Source: an uncultured archaeon
GTDB lineage: Archaea > Asgardarchaeota > Lokiarchaeia > Sigyniarchaeales > SOKP01
DNA length: 64,000 nucleotides
Reading direction: 5' to 3'
Assembly: GCA_964486045.1 (NCBI GenBank)
Contig: CAZALK010000001.1
Span: 648,242 to 712,241, forward strand
Shown: positions 20,794 through 30,071 of the stretch, piece by piece
Layout of the letters: every line of letters begins with the position of its first letter
How positions within the stretch are numbered: the stretch's first letter is position 1
Notes under the pieces: model-generated
The model's input: only the letters and a program-made list of their open reading frames with translations
What the model was told of the DNA's origin: nothing
Databases searched by the model: none
Made by a program: the position numbers and the translations under genes

Positions 20794-23025
20794 TTATTTT
20801 TTTTTAAATTTAGAATATAGTGCTTTATCTAGTAAGCGCCCGATTCTTTTAGCTAATTGTGTAGCAATTTCATATCTTTCACCGTCAAGTAGATCTGGTT
20901 TATCTTTTAGGGTTTTGGATGAACCTACTCTTTTATTTATAACACTTAAGCTTAAATCACTTACTGTTTTCTTAATTTTTTCATAATCTGGAAAAATTAC
21001 TTTGGGATCAAAAGATTTGATTTTTTCTACAGCAAAATTAAAAAATTCGCTCATTAAATCTATTGGCTCACCTTTTAGTTCACTATGAAGTTTGATGTTC
21101 TCAATAGCAGTTTTAGAATCTTTTTCTTGCCAATACAGTTGATTCGGGTTAATACCAGGACTGTTAATTCTCATAAGGGAACCTGTAATTCTTCTTTCAA
21201 TCCAATTTAAAGTACTTAGTTCTTGTTTTTCACGTAATTTCTGGGATTCTGTTTCTTTTTCTTTCTCTTTTGCTTTAATTTTTTGTTCTACTTCCGATTT
21301 CCGTGTTTGTTCAACCTTTTCTAACCTCTTGACTAGATCATACCCAATACAATAAGAAATGGGCGAGATCAGATCAGATTTTAATTTTAATACAGCTATA
21401 TCCTCGTAAATTGGGCTAACCTCATTTTCTAGCTCCGAAATTCCCTCTTTTAAAGAAGTTTCAATAAGTCGTGCTAAAATAAATCCATTGACTAAGAATG
21501 GTTGGTTCGAAGCATTAAAGACAATAACCAATTCTTCTTGTCTTTTAATTATACGCTCAATTATTAATTCTTCTAACTTAATTCTTACCCAATCTTCTGA
21601 ATTTGTTGTACCAAATATCTTTTTCAGGGCTAAAAGGTATAAGGATCTATCATTAGATACTTTAAAAAATGATTCAATTATTCTACTGAGTTGCCTTAAA
21701 ATTTTGGATAAGATATAGAAAAAAATGTCTTTCACTATTTCATTGATAATTTCATCAAATTCTAGAACAAATATTATATGGGAATAATTTATTAATTCTA
21801 ATTCATCAATGAATACTCTATCGATAATTTGCTTTTTTGTTTTATAATCTTCTATATCATTTTTATTATGTTTTTTATCATTTAACGCTACGATGTCAAG
21901 TTTATTTAGATTGTACCTGATCATATTTCTTTTTACTTTTTCAGATAAATCGTCGTCTATATTTAAGAGGTAGAAAATGTTAAAAACTCCGTACTTATTC
22001 AGCATATAGATAATTTCATCAAAACTAGATTCATTTAAACATTGTATATAATAGATAAAATCGTTCGGATTTTCTTTCAATTTTCTGATTAAAATAAATT
22101 TTAAATAATTAAGATTTTTTTTCTCAAACTGTTCATAATTTATTTTTTCTTTAAGACCATCTTCAATATTTCTTATTAAATCTTTTTTAATCTCATTAGC
22201 TTCTTCGAAAGCTTTCATTCCAGGAATGGAAATAGGAAAACGCTCAAAATTATAATCTATCACTCGTTTTTTAATCATTCTAACAGGCATTGCTTCAATT
22301 TGTAATTCTTTATATGACCTAAACTCAAAATCCAAACGGATTTTATCTATTATTCTCCCCAGTGAGGTTAATTCGATCAACTTATCTTCCTTTTCTTCTG
22401 ATTCCAATTTTTTTTCAATATCTACGGAGATTTCTTTGAAGGCGGAACTTTCTTCTAAAATTTCAGTCTTAACTTTATTAACTAGACCAATAAGATCACC
22501 AATTAAATCATAAAAATAAAATGGTGGATAATTCATTAATGTCTCTTGTATTTCTTGTTCAATTCGACTCTCAATATCCTTGAACTTTTTTTCTCTTTCA
22601 GTTTCTTGGAGATCTGAGGATCTATCATCAATCAGGAAGGAAAGAAAACTATTTTCAAGATCGATTATCTTATTTAAAAGGTTCACCTCTAAAGAAAACG
22701 AATTTTTTAGAAGGATTTCTACTTCCTCAAATAAACTTCTTTTTTCTAACAATTCTAACTTTCTAGTTGACTCAAAGGTAAATTTACTTGCGTCCAGTGT
22801 ACTTTGTACTCGAATCCCTAAATTATGATATATATGGATCGTAGCCGTTGCAATTAATAAATCATTAAAGGTTGTATCTTGCGTAACGAGCTCAAAAATT
22901 TTACCCATATCTGCTTCTCTTTTGAAATGCGAAATTATTAAATCAACTGTTTGAAAAAATCTAGATGCACTTTCAACTGCCGTTGTCTTTCTCTTTACGC
23001 CACTTATCATACTTATTTCATCCAT
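20794..23025 (-). CDS. Large alpha-helical hypothetical protein
   Basis: 743-aa ORF overlapping the upstream ORF by 13 bp. No recognisable motif. Confidence 0.8.
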   Translation of the reverse strand: MDEISMISGVKRKTTAVESASRFFQTVDLIISHFKREADMGKIFELVTQDTTFNDLLIATATIHIYHNLGIRVQSTLDASKFTFESTRKLELLEKRSLFEEVEILLKNSFSLEVNLLNKIIDLENSFLSFLIDDRSSDLQETEREKKFKDIESRIEQEIQETLMNYPPFYFYDLIGDLIGLVNKVKTEILEESSAFKEISVDIEKKLESEEKEDKLIELTSLGRIIDKIRLDFEFRSYKELQIEAMPVRMIKKRVIDYNFERFPISIPGMKAFEEANEIKKDLIRNIEDGLKEKINYEQFEKKNLNYLKFILIRKLKENPNDFIYYIQCLNESSFDEIIYMLNKYGVFNIFYLLNIDDDLSEKVKRNMIRYNLNKLDIVALNDKKHNKNDIEDYKTKKQIIDRVFIDELELINYSHIIFVLEFDEIINEIVKDIFFYILSKILRQLSRIIESFFKVSNDRSLYLLALKKIFGTTNSEDWVRIKLEELIIERIIKRQEELVIVFNASNQPFLVNGFILARLIETSLKEGISELENEVSPIYEDIAVLKLKSDLISPISYCIGYDLVKRLEKVEQTRKSEVEQKIKAKEKEKETESQKLREKQELSTLNWIERRITGSLMRINSPGINPNQLYWQEKDSKTAIENIKLHSELKGEPIDLMSEFFNFAVEKIKSFDPKVIFPDYEKIKKTVSDLSLSVINKRVGSSKTLKDKPDLLDGERYEIATQLAKRIGRLLDKALYSKFKKK

Positions 23026-25307
23026 TCTCTATAAACTTCTTTAAAATTATCTGATAGTTCGAACCGAACATTGTTATGCCAAAACTTAAAATTTATTACA
23101 TGAAAAAGATCCCCCTTAAATAATTCTTTTTCTTTATTTGTTAAATTATGCTTTAAAATTAAAGAAAGTGGCCTTGGAATAAGTTTTGAAAAGTATTTTA
23201 ACATTGTATTTTCGATATAACTATAATAGGTATCATTATTATTCATGCGGAAGAAATTAATTGGATACCTTTCTTCAATTTGAAAATCCAATATGTTTAA
23301 TGCATGTTCTATTTTTTCCTTAACATATTTTGGGAATTCCTCGTTGATTCCTAAGCTTAATTCATAATTATTGTAAAAATCAACTAATTTTTCTTTCACT
23401 TCAACATTGGAGATTTCTGCAATATAATTATCCAAGAATTCCAAAAATTTCTTTAGTTTCTGTTCACTAGCTTCTCGATTTTCAAGGTATTCTAAGAAAT
23501 TATTGTAAACCTCAGGTAAAGTCCAGTCCTTTCTATCCTCAATTTTTAGAAACTTTTTAGAATAGTCATTTATCCACTGTAAGACATACGATTTCCACTC
23601 TAGATTAATTCCACCAATCCTTTTTTCTAAAAAACGATAGAATTTATTAGCGAAACTAATAGGATCTTGGATTTCACTTTCTGATTCATCCTTAATAAAG
23701 CGATTTATTGTTGAATGCCTAAGTATATAACTTAATAAGTAATCTAATTCACTTGAGAATTTTTTAAATTTTTTTATGTGAAATATGATTAGATTAACAT
23801 CCTGATCCATTTGAATTTCAGCAAACGAGACTAAATCTCCTATCTTCAACCTAATATTATCAAAAAAAAAGTCAATGTTATTCTTAACTAAATTACGGAA
23901 CTCTACTATAAGTTTTTTTTCATCAAAAAATTTTGACACATTGATCGATTGAACTTCTATTAAATTAGAAAGATGTTCTTTAAATTTCTCAATTAAATTT
24001 AATCCCAAAATTTTAGCAGGTTTTTGCTCCTTATCAAATTGAGCTTTAAGATTTTCTGTTAATTCAATTACCAATGTTTTTAATCGACGATGAGAAAAAT
24101 AAGCTGGAAATGATCTTCTTATCATTTCCAAGCTTCTCTTAACAATTTCTGAAAAATAGTTAAACACAGAACTTAATTCCGAAACTCTTAAATTCTCCGT
24201 CTGGATAACTGACTGGTTCATAAACTTGATAGCAATTCCGCAAATTTCCTCAAAATCTTCATTTTCTAATTTTCCCTTATTTGCGATAAAAAGTGTGTAG
24301 TTCTCTACTAATATTGATAAATCTCCCATTTCTCCTAATTTGAGAAAATCAGATGAATACTCCAAAAATTTATTTAAATACCTTTCCAGGGTTAATAATA
24401 TCCTAGTTGTCTGGGAAATTAACCATTCTCCTGTGTGAAGTTCTTTAGAATCAATGATTTTTTTTCTGATTCTTTTTATCAGATATTTTACTAATTCATC
24501 TTGATATTCATCTAATGTTCCAATATTTGCTAGATTAATAAGACTTGATCCTAGATTTAATGTCTTATCAACGATAAAATTCGCACTTGGTTCAGAAATC
24601 GAATACTTAAGATGTTCTAGTGCCTCTCGACCTTCAAAAGGCATCTTTACCTTTTCATATCTACTGTTTAATAAATTCATTTCAACTGGTTTTTTATACC
24701 ATAAAATCTTCACATCGGACAAAATTTTAGCATATGTGTTTAATTTCTCTTTTTCTGTTGGAAGTGATGTACTTAGCCCAATTAGTTTCTTATTCCATTT
24801 CTCTTCGATTAATTCTCCAAAAAGCCTTTTGCTAAACCTTGTAGCAAACTTGTTATAAAAATTTTGTTTACTAACATTAGAAAGATCTGGTCGGTCAGCA
24901 AACTCTTCCACTTCATAAAATAATTTGCTTATATTATTCATTGAGGTTCTAGTTTTGTGAACATCCAAGTAACCTGTTTCTGGTTTTAATGCAAGGAGTA
25001 AACTTTCACAGTCTTTATACCCTCCTGGAATATATATCATCGATTTTGGGTAAATTTGCGTTTTTGAAGCGCTTTCATCAAGATTATATAATTCAAATTC
25101 AATACTAAATACTTCCGCTCCAGTGTAATCCCTCAATATCGCATTATACATTGATAAATATTTAATAACTTCCCGTGAAAGTTCATTTACTTTGTCTTTA
25201 GTTAATCTTCCTGGTCCAATAACGTCACCCGCAATGATATCATTTGGAGATGAATATCCAAATATCAAGGAAAACTGGTAATTAATAGATTCTCGTGTGG
25301 TTATCAT
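23013..25307 (-). CDS. Large hypothetical protein (alpha/beta N-terminus, helical C-terminus)
   Basis: 764-aa ORF. No recognisable motif. Confidence 0.8.
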   Translation of the reverse strand: MITTRESINYQFSLIFGYSSPNDIIAGDVIGPGRLTKDKVNELSREVIKYLSMYNAILRDYTGAEVFSIEFELYNLDESASKTQIYPKSMIYIPGGYKDCESLLLALKPETGYLDVHKTRTSMNNISKLFYEVEEFADRPDLSNVSKQNFYNKFATRFSKRLFGELIEEKWNKKLIGLSTSLPTEKEKLNTYAKILSDVKILWYKKPVEMNLLNSRYEKVKMPFEGREALEHLKYSISEPSANFIVDKTLNLGSSLINLANIGTLDEYQDELVKYLIKRIRKKIIDSKELHTGEWLISQTTRILLTLERYLNKFLEYSSDFLKLGEMGDLSILVENYTLFIANKGKLENEDFEEICGIAIKFMNQSVIQTENLRVSELSSVFNYFSEIVKRSLEMIRRSFPAYFSHRRLKTLVIELTENLKAQFDKEQKPAKILGLNLIEKFKEHLSNLIEVQSINVSKFFDEKKLIVEFRNLVKNNIDFFFDNIRLKIGDLVSFAEIQMDQDVNLIIFHIKKFKKFSSELDYLLSYILRHSTINRFIKDESESEIQDPISFANKFYRFLEKRIGGINLEWKSYVLQWINDYSKKFLKIEDRKDWTLPEVYNNFLEYLENREASEQKLKKFLEFLDNYIAEISNVEVKEKLVDFYNNYELSLGINEEFPKYVKEKIEHALNILDFQIEERYPINFFRMNNNDTYYSYIENTMLKYFSKLIPRPLSLILKHNLTNKEKELFKGDLFHVINFKFWHNNVRFELSDNFKEVYREWMK

Positions 25308-25590
25308 AATTTTATTAATGGAAAATATTTGTTCCTAATTTTTAAAATAAATTGTAGTATTTTTTTTAAACAAAATATGCAAAAATTTAGGAGTTGGGTT
25401 AAATATTTATAAATTTATATAATATTAAAATTTAATTTTGAATGATAAGTTGTTATATCATCTAGATCTCCACAATGAATCGTTCTTTTCAATCTCTATT
25501 AATTAAAAATATAAAAATATAATAAGAAAAACATTTATTATAATTATAACAATTATTAAAAATTCCTTATGGCACTAAAGGTGTAGGTTT

Positions 25591-25995
25591 ATTCAGTTTG
25601 GATCTGATTTAGGAATAAATCAAGAAGATATAGAGAAAATTAGTCCTCAAATTACGTTTATTACATCTAATGCAGATATTGAGGCTATTGCGCTTGTAAG
25701 TTCTGAGGGTTACCAGATTGCATTTTCAGCATTACCCCAATATCATGCTGATGGAGATCAGTTTTGCGGTCTTGCAAGTGCATTATTGATGACAGGGAGA
25801 TCTACAATTCAAACATTGTTTCAAGAGGATTTAAGTGAAATCATTGTAAGAGCAGAAAATGGCTACATAATCATAACCAATGCGGGACGATTAGTAATAG
25901 TATGTGCGGGAACTATTATTGATACTTTGATGAAATCTGTGAAGGTCATGCGCATTGCGGCTAAAAATTTATATAAGATTTTCGAAAATAGATAG
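25591..25995 (+). CDS. Roadblock/LC7 domain protein (true start upstream of the called ORF)
   Basis: Frame is open from 25579 and encodes the N-terminal half IEAIALVSSEGYQIA..ASALL, then EIIVRAENGYIII. Start codon uncertain. Confidence 0.85.
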   Translation: MQFGSDLGINQEDIEKISPQITFITSNADIEAIALVSSEGYQIAFSALPQYHADGDQFCGLASALLMTGRSTIQTLFQEDLSEIIVRAENGYIIITNAGRLVIVCAGTIIDTLMKSVKVMRIAAKNLYKIFENR

Positions 25996-26178
25996 AATTT
26001 CCATTCTTATTTTCCTCAACCATTTTCTCGATAAATAAGACTATACATTAATTTATCATTAATGTAATGTTTGGCTCTCAACTCTATAATGCTATTTCAA
26101 AAATATCAATCGAAAAGAGTTAACTTTTTAAACCTTAAAATAATCAATATCATTAAATTATCTTTTAATAATTGATTT

Positions 26179-26253
26179 ATGACACTTGCTAGAAACCTAT
26201 TGTGGTGTTGGCAGTGGCCTTGGCGTGGCGATACCGCCTTATCATTGGAATAA
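26179..26253 (+). CDS. Trp-rich leader peptide (TrpL-like) MTLARNLLWCWQWPWRGDTALSLE
   Basis: ATG 26179 to TAA 26253, four TGG codons within seven, 133 nt upstream of trpB2. Confidence 0.75.
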   Translation: MTLARNLLWCWQWPWRGDTALSLE

Positions 26254-26270
26254 TTAATTAAAAACACATC

Positions 26271-26294
26271 TCTCTTACTCTTTTTTGTCTTTTC
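26271..26294 (+). terminator. Pyrimidine/U-rich tract after the leader peptide (candidate attenuator terminator)
   Basis: tctcttactcttttttgtcttttc resembles archaeal oligo-U terminators. Confidence 0.4.
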
Positions 26295-26386
26295 AAAAAA
26301 AAATTATATCTTATGTGCATTAATCTGTTGATATCCAATAAATTAATGACACACATTTAATATAAAGAAAAAAAAGTGAAACTAAA

Positions 26387-27790
26387 ATGATAGATTATTT
26401 CAAAGCAAGGATATTTTTAGAACCAAGCGAGGTTCCAAAGGAATGGATAAATATCATACCAGATCTACCCACTCCTATAACTCCATTGGTTAACCCAATG
26501 GATGGAAAACCTGCACCGCCAGAAATGGCATTTGCAATTTTTCCCAAAGAATGTGTACTGCAAGAAGTATCACAAGAGAAGACAATTCCTATCCCAAATG
26601 AGCTGAGAGAAATTTATGCTAAAACTTATAGACCAACACCCCTCCATCGCGCCTTAGGGTTAGAGCGGGAGTTGGGAATAGAAGGAGATGATATTAAAAT
26701 ATTTTATAAGAACGAATCAACATCTCCTACGGGATCACATAAACCAAATACTGCGATAGCTCAAGCATTCTATGCAAAAAAAGATGGATTAGAAGGGTTA
26801 GTTACAGAAACAGGGGCGGGACAATGGGGATCCGGCTTAGCGTACGGATGTAATTTATTCGATATCAAATGTACAGTTTACATGGTCAGAGCAAGTTTTA
26901 TACAAAAACCAGGTAGAAAAATCTTAATGAGGTCTTATGATGCTGAAGTTCATGCAAGTCCTTCAAGATTTACAGAATCAGGAAAAAGCTTTTTAGAAAA
27001 AGATCCAGATCATCCTGGAAGCCTAGGAATTGCAATCTCTGAAGCTATTGAACATAGTATGAGTAGCGATAAAATAAGGTATTCTTTAGGATCTGTAGTA
27101 AATTTTGTGCTTTTGCATCAAACGGTTATTGGGCAAGAAGCTAAGATACAATTAAATAAGGTGGGGATCAAAGATCCTGATATAGTAATTGGTTGTATGG
27201 GCGGAGGATCTAACTTCTCTGGGTTAATGATTCCTTTCGCTAGGGACAAATTAACTGGAGTTAACTCAGAAATTGAGATTATTGGGGTGGAACCACGAGC
27301 CTGCCCAAGTGTGTGTAAGGGAGAGTATCGGTGGGATTTTGGGGATACCGCAATGAAAGGACCTATCGCTAAGATGTACACATTAGGTCATACTTTTATT
27401 CCAAGCCCGATTCACGCTGGTGGATTAAGGTATCATGGAATTGCTCCAATAGTTTCAATTTTATACGACAATAAGGTAATATCAGCGACTATGCATCATC
27501 AAACCGAAGTTATCAAAGCTGGGATTCAATTTGCGAAAACGGAAGGAATTCTCCCCGCACCTGAAACCGCACATGCTATAAAAGAAACCATCGATCAAGC
27601 TTTAAAAGCTAAAGAAAACAACGAAAAGAAGGTAATTCTCTTTAATTTTAGCGGTCATGGATACTTTGATTTATTAGCTTATAAAGAATTTATGACAGGT
27701 GCATTAGAAGACTATGAATTACCAACCGAGAACATTCAAAAAGCCTTACAGTCAGAAGAAATGCCCAACATCAATGAAGCAGAATTTTAA
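26387..27790 (+). CDS. trpB2: Tryptophan synthase beta chain 2 (TrpB2)
   Basis: RPTPL.RA..LE, SPTGSHKPNTA (PLP Lys), ETGAGQWG, GGGSN, HAGGLRYHG, SGHG. Confidence 0.96.
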   Translation: MIDYFKARIFLEPSEVPKEWINIIPDLPTPITPLVNPMDGKPAPPEMAFAIFPKECVLQEVSQEKTIPIPNELREIYAKTYRPTPLHRALGLERELGIEGDDIKIFYKNESTSPTGSHKPNTAIAQAFYAKKDGLEGLVTETGAGQWGSGLAYGCNLFDIKCTVYMVRASFIQKPGRKILMRSYDAEVHASPSRFTESGKSFLEKDPDHPGSLGIAISEAIEHSMSSDKIRYSLGSVVNFVLLHQTVIGQEAKIQLNKVGIKDPDIVIGCMGGGSNFSGLMIPFARDKLTGVNSEIEIIGVEPRACPSVCKGEYRWDFGDTAMKGPIAKMYTLGHTFIPSPIHAGGLRYHGIAPIVSILYDNKVISATMHHQTEVIKAGIQFAKTEGILPAPETAHAIKETIDQALKAKENNEKKVILFNFSGHGYFDLLAYKEFMTGALEDYELPTENIQKALQSEEMPNINEAEF

Positions 27791-27898
27791 ACTGTAAAAT
27801 CATTATTTTTTTTTATTTTTTTTTAAAAACTTGATTTTGGGAAAATCTTAAAATCTAGGGATGCTTTAGATATTAAAATTTTAAGAGTTTGGTAATTA

Positions 27899-28966
27899 GT
27901 GAATATAACTTCGGTTATAATTTTATTTTTCCTCTATTCTTATAGTCTAATTCTGCTTTATATCACTTATTTAACAAAAAAAAAAGGTGATAAAGGAGCG
28001 TTCATCAACAATGCTGCGAATTCCATCGTTCTTATAACTTCAATTACAATTAACTTAGTTCTTATTCATGTTATTAATCCAATCAGAGTCCATTTCGTAG
28101 CTTTTCCTTTTGATCTATTGATGGTTTGTTTTATTCTGCTATATATACCCCTTTATACTCTTCTAGTACTAAAAGAAAAGAGAAAAGTAAGTAGAGGAAT
28201 GGGTTCATTAGAAGAGATTAGACCTAGGGCAAGAGATTTGCCATTAAAATATGATATTTATAGAAAATTAACTCATTTTGTCGTTCTGGGAATTATTTTC
28301 TTCTATTTTACTTTGGGATTTTTAATTCAAAATTTTTTTGTTTATATATTAGATTTTCTTCCAGATTTTTTTATTAGAATGTTTGATTTAGGTGATAATG
28401 TAATGATTTTTACTCAATATTTAGTGCTTTTCCTAGTAGGTGCGTCTTTAATTGGCCTATTAACAGCAGATTTCACTAGAATTTTAACACCAAAATATTA
28501 TCCTCTAAAGATAGTAAATCTATTACTAAAAAAAAAAGAGTTACATATGAGATTAGGACCTCATATCTCTATGAGCATTGGTTGTTTTTCAATAATCTTA
28601 CTATATGGTTTTATTCAACCAATTGGACCGTTGATAATTTGCTCTTCAATGGTTATGGCCGTTCTTGGTGATACATCGTCTAATTTAATTGGTAGGTTAA
28701 TTGGAAAAAAGAAGATCCGCACTACAAATAAAACCTACGAAGGACTATTTGCTGGAATTATTGTTGCCTTCATCTCCGGATTTATAGTTTTGTTATCACT
28801 TAAAGATTTTTACTTCCCAAAGAACCAGGGCTTATTTTTTATACCCTTTATTGGGGCTATAATCATTGGTTTGGTTGATTATTTTGATCTTGAAATTGAC
28901 GATAATTTATCCTATATATTCATTCTATCCACAGTACTATTTTTTAGTACACTCCTTCTTTTTTAA
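27899..28966 (+). CDS. CTP-dependent polyprenol/diacylglycerol kinase family membrane protein
   Basis: RKLTH, GD...LIG..IG, KTYEG and DDN motifs in a multi-TM protein. Confidence 0.85.
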   Translation: MNITSVIILFFLYSYSLILLYITYLTKKKGDKGAFINNAANSIVLITSITINLVLIHVINPIRVHFVAFPFDLLMVCFILLYIPLYTLLVLKEKRKVSRGMGSLEEIRPRARDLPLKYDIYRKLTHFVVLGIIFFYFTLGFLIQNFFVYILDFLPDFFIRMFDLGDNVMIFTQYLVLFLVGASLIGLLTADFTRILTPKYYPLKIVNLLLKKKELHMRLGPHISMSIGCFSIILLYGFIQPIGPLIICSSMVMAVLGDTSSNLIGRLIGKKKIRTTNKTYEGLFAGIIVAFISGFIVLLSLKDFYFPKNQGLFFIPFIGAIIIGLVDYFDLEIDDNLSYIFILSTVLFFSTLLLF

Positions 28967-29023
28967 GTCAATATACTCAAATTAGCTTTAACAAAATCTT
29001 TTTCAATTAAGTTGATTTAATTT

Positions 29024-29533
29024 ATGAAAATGATGGAAGAAAAATTAAAAATTGTTAAAATTTCTAAAGGGACTGTTATCGACCATATTGATGCGGGATA
29101 TGCTTTAACAATTCTAAACCTAACTGGTCTTGATGAAGTAAAAAATTTAATAACTATTGGCGTTAATGTCTCTTCTAAAAAATATAATACAAAAGATATC
29201 ATCAAAATTGAGAACGTATTTTTAAATGAAACTCAAATGCAACAAATCTCTATACTCTCACCAAATGCTACTATATCTTTAATTGAAAGCAATAACGTAA
29301 TTGAAAAAAAAAAAGTAAAATTGCCAAATACGATAAAAAAACTCATACTTTGTGTTAACCAAACCTGTATTTCAAATTCAGATGAACCAATATCAACCGA
29401 ATTTACGGTTCTTGAAGAAAAACCGTTAAAAATACAGTGCATCTATTGTGAGCGAATTTATAAATTAGAAGAAATAGTATTCACATTAAAAGAAAAAAAG
29501 GAAAAAATAGTGAAACAGCGAATTCTATTGTAA
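29024..29533 (+). CDS. pyrI: Aspartate carbamoyltransferase regulatory chain
   Basis: GTVIDHI, KDIIKIE, CxNxxCI..CxYC zinc site. Confidence 0.96.
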   Translation: MKMMEEKLKIVKISKGTVIDHIDAGYALTILNLTGLDEVKNLITIGVNVSSKKYNTKDIIKIENVFLNETQMQQISILSPNATISLIESNNVIEKKKVKLPNTIKKLILCVNQTCISNSDEPISTEFTVLEEKPLKIQCIYCERIYKLEEIVFTLKEKKEKIVKQRILL

Positions 29534-29551
29534 CGTAATGATCAATTGTTA

Positions 29552-30001
29552 TTATGTAAATAAACCTAATATTGAAGAGAAATCTTGAATAAAAAATAGT
29601 ATAGTGTGAATCAAAACACCACTAATCATAAACATAAAGAAAAATATACCTATCCCAGGCAATACAATCTTTTTCCAATTCCATTCTTCTTTATCATATT
29701 CGTATTTTAAAATAAAAAAGCTTACAATAAAAGGAAAGAGAAACCACCATATTAACATCCATAAAAATAAAAACCATCCAATTAACCCAAACATTAATCT
29801 TCCACTAATAGCACATAAAGCACCGGTAATAGCTCTAATCCAATAAAGTTTTGTTTCTTTTTCTAGTCGAATATCTAAATCTGTTGCAGGGACTTTTATT
29901 CCTTTTTCTCCCTTAACTGATTTATGTTTAAATTCTTTCTGTTTCTCCTTTATTAACCTTTGCCTTCTTTTTCTAATATCTACTTTCTTACTCTTTCCCA
30001 T
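29552..30001 (-). CDS. EMC6/Rab5ip-like 3-TM membrane protein
   Basis: KLYWIRA..G..CA..G..FGL.GW, then GIGIFFFMF. Three TMs. Confidence 0.55.
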   Translation of the reverse strand: MGKSKKVDIRKRRQRLIKEKQKEFKHKSVKGEKGIKVPATDLDIRLEKETKLYWIRAITGALCAISGRLMFGLIGWFLFLWMLIWWFLFPFIVSFFILKYEYDKEEWNWKKIVLPGIGIFFFMFMISGVLIHTILFFIQDFSSILGLFT

Positions 30002-30071
30002 ATTAATAATATAAATATTATTTACTATAAAAATAATTATATATCTTGATAAATTAAAAACTAGACAAACT

